A DNA stretch of 64,000 bases, from positions 96,001 through 160,000 of the forward strand of contig JAHHIM010000073.1 in assembly GCA_019358915.1 (NCBI GenBank). Direction: 5' to 3'. This document shows, piece by piece, positions 62,242 through 64,000 of the stretch (positions are counted from its first letter, which is position 1; each line of letters starts with the position of its first letter). Under the pieces are notes generated by a model. The model saw only the letters and a program-made list of their open reading frames with translations, made no database searches and had not been told where the DNA came from. Position numbers and translations under genes: made by a program. Source of the stretch: Trichormus sp. ATA11-4-KO1. Its GTDB lineage: Bacteria > Cyanobacteriota > Cyanobacteriia > Cyanobacteriales > Nostocaceae.

Positions 62242-63210
62242 ATGAATAACATCACTGAGAGGCTAGAGAATTTCGCATTACCTTTGCCGATCTCCCAAGC
62301 AGCTCGCACCACGGCTCAGTTATTTGCCAACCAACAGCCAACTCCCGACAAAGCAGAGCAAGTCCGGCTGAATACTCTAGCTGTGTCAGTAGTCAATGAC
62401 TACTTGCAGATGATGGAAATTCCTACCGATTTGAAAATCAGTGATAGTTGGAACCTGATTATGCAACTCTGTGCCAATGTAGCTGATCTGGAAATCCCCT
62501 CACTAGGTCGTTTAGAGTGTCGTCCTGTGACTGTGGATCAACAGGTATGTGTGATTCCCCCAGAAGCTTGGCAAGAACGAGTGGGTTATGTGGTGGTACA
62601 AATTGATGAGTCACTCCATGAAGCACAGCTGCTAGGATTTATCCCAAGTGTCACAACTGAAACATTACCTTTAAGTCAACTCCAACCCCCAGAAGCATTA
62701 ATTGATTGTTTGGCGCAACTCAAAACTTCCCCAATCAAAACTTTGGTGAATTTGAGTCAGTGGGTTGTTGATCAATGTGAAGCTGGCTGGCAAACTTTGG
62801 AATCTTTACGGAACTCACTAGAATCTAGACCAGCTTATGCCTTTCGTAGTGCGGTAATGACTGACGAAACCTCTCAAGACCAAGCCGAAACAGTCACTAG
62901 ACGGGCAAAACTGATTGATTTGGGCATCCAAATAGTTGACCAACCCGTGATGTTAATTGTAGAAATTAACCCAGAAGCTAACCAAAAAACCAGTATTCGC
63001 TTACAGTTACACTCTACAGGTAATCAAATCTACCTGCCGACGGGAGTACAACTGAGAGTTTTAGATGAGTCGGGAGCGGTGTTTCTCGAAGCTTCTGCCA
63101 GAAGTGCTGACAATTATATACAATTACAATTTAAAGGTGAAATCCAAGAGCAGTTCAGCGTTCAGGTATCATTAGGTAATATGAGTATTACAGAACATTT
63201 TGTCATTTGA
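62242..63210 (+). CDS. DUF1822 family protein
   Basis: NTLAVSVVNDYL, ADLEIP.LGRLECRPV, GYVVVQ, VNLSQW, DNYIQLQF. Confidence 0.85.
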   Translation: MNNITERLENFALPLPISQAARTTAQLFANQQPTPDKAEQVRLNTLAVSVVNDYLQMMEIPTDLKISDSWNLIMQLCANVADLEIPSLGRLECRPVTVDQQVCVIPPEAWQERVGYVVVQIDESLHEAQLLGFIPSVTTETLPLSQLQPPEALIDCLAQLKTSPIKTLVNLSQWVVDQCEAGWQTLESLRNSLESRPAYAFRSAVMTDETSQDQAETVTRRAKLIDLGIQIVDQPVMLIVEINPEANQKTSIRLQLHSTGNQIYLPTGVQLRVLDESGAVFLEASARSADNYIQLQFKGEIQEQFSVQVSLGNMSITEHFVI

Positions 63211-63257
63211 AATACGCCAATTTTTAATCTTTGTCAGTAATACCAGTCTCAAAAGTC

Positions 63258-64000
63258 ATGGCTAAATTAGTGGTTTTGAAATTCGGAGACGGTAGTTTTG
63301 ACCAGGGGTTTACTGTCACTCTCCAGATAGGTGAAGAAAGCGATCGCCCGGCCACAGAAATCACGGGGAAACTGCCACCATCACCGGAAATGCCGCTTTA
63401 CTATCACCGTTGGCAATCTAGTTATTTACAGTTAGGCAATCGTTATCGTTTGGACGCTGACAAAATCCAAGTGACGAATGTGTCAATCACCCAAGACTGC
63501 CACAATATGTCCCATATTTTGCGGGCACGTTTTAACAGCTGGCTGCAAGCCGAAGAGTTTCGCCCCTTGCGGGAGAAATGGCTAGAAAAATTGTTGGCTA
63601 CAGACGAAATCCGCGTAATTTTACAATCAGAAAATAACCAATTACAAAGATTACCCTGGCATCTGTGGGACTTACTAGAACGCTACCCCAAGGCGGAAAT
63701 CGCACTTTCATCGCCAACGTACGATCGCGTTCTCAAACTACGTAACCCCAACCCAGTGGTAAATATTTTGGCAATTGTGGGTAATAGTCAGGGGATTGAT
63801 ACTCAGGCTGACCAAGCTCTATTACAAGAGTGCCCTAATGCCGATGTCAGCTTCATAGTAGAACCACAACGGCAGGAATTAACCGACCATCTTTGGGGAA
63901 AAAACTGGGATATTCTGTTTTTTGCTGGGCACAGTTCTAGTCAAGGACATGATGGTTGTGGGCGCATCTACTTGAATAAAACCGACAGTCTTAGTATCAG
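63258..64000 (+). CDS. CHAT-domain protein (likely CHAT-CHASE2 type), 3'-truncated by window edge
   Basis: Manual translation MAKLVVLKFGDGSFDQGFTVTLQIG...QRLPWHLWDL...ILAIVGNSQGID...ILFFAGHSSS; open to the window end. Confidence 0.8.
   Translation, partial: MAKLVVLKFGDGSFDQGFTVTLQIGEESDRPATEITGKLPPSPEMPLYYHRWQSSYLQLGNRYRLDADKIQVTNVSITQDCHNMSHILRARFNSWLQAEEFRPLREKWLEKLLATDEIRVILQSENNQLQRLPWHLWDLLERYPKAEIALSSPTYDRVLKLRNPNPVVNILAIVGNSQGIDTQADQALLQECPNADVSFIVEPQRQELTDHLWGKNWDILFFAGHSSSQGHDGCGRIYLNKTDSLSI

Noticed and set aside
1..64000. High density of GCGATCGC
   Set aside because: This is the known cyanobacterial HIP1 octamer; used only as a taxonomic and residence marker.

Overview
Chromosomal window from a heterocyst-forming cyanobacterium (Nostoc/Anabaena-like; inferred from dense HIP1 GCGATCGC octamers, heptamer tandem repeats and gene content). 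It carries two-component and phosphorelay genes, compatible-solute genes (treS-maltokinase fusion, sucrose synthase), recN, ychF, phoD, an amino-acid decarboxylase, a cluster of general-stress-type genes, and a kdpABGCD potassium-uptake operon with a divergent kinase/regulator pair. Most notable: (i) a sigma-like gene / TPR-CHAT protease / DUF1822 / second CHAT gene module, interrupted by about 10 kb that holds an intact rolling-circle Rep gene, a 62-bp-period structured repeat and the kdp locus; (ii) a recurring 16-bp palindrome upstream of susA and the stress genes; (iii) gene remnants the ORF track misses or only partly captures (CheR tail, GxxExxY, MNT antitoxin, TnpB end, DUF2330); (iv) small repeats inserted in frame in proteins, plus a substituted catalytic Asp in the maltokinase domain. 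All family assignments are from motif recognition by eye; no database searches were run. No rRNA, tRNA or CRISPR array was recognised.
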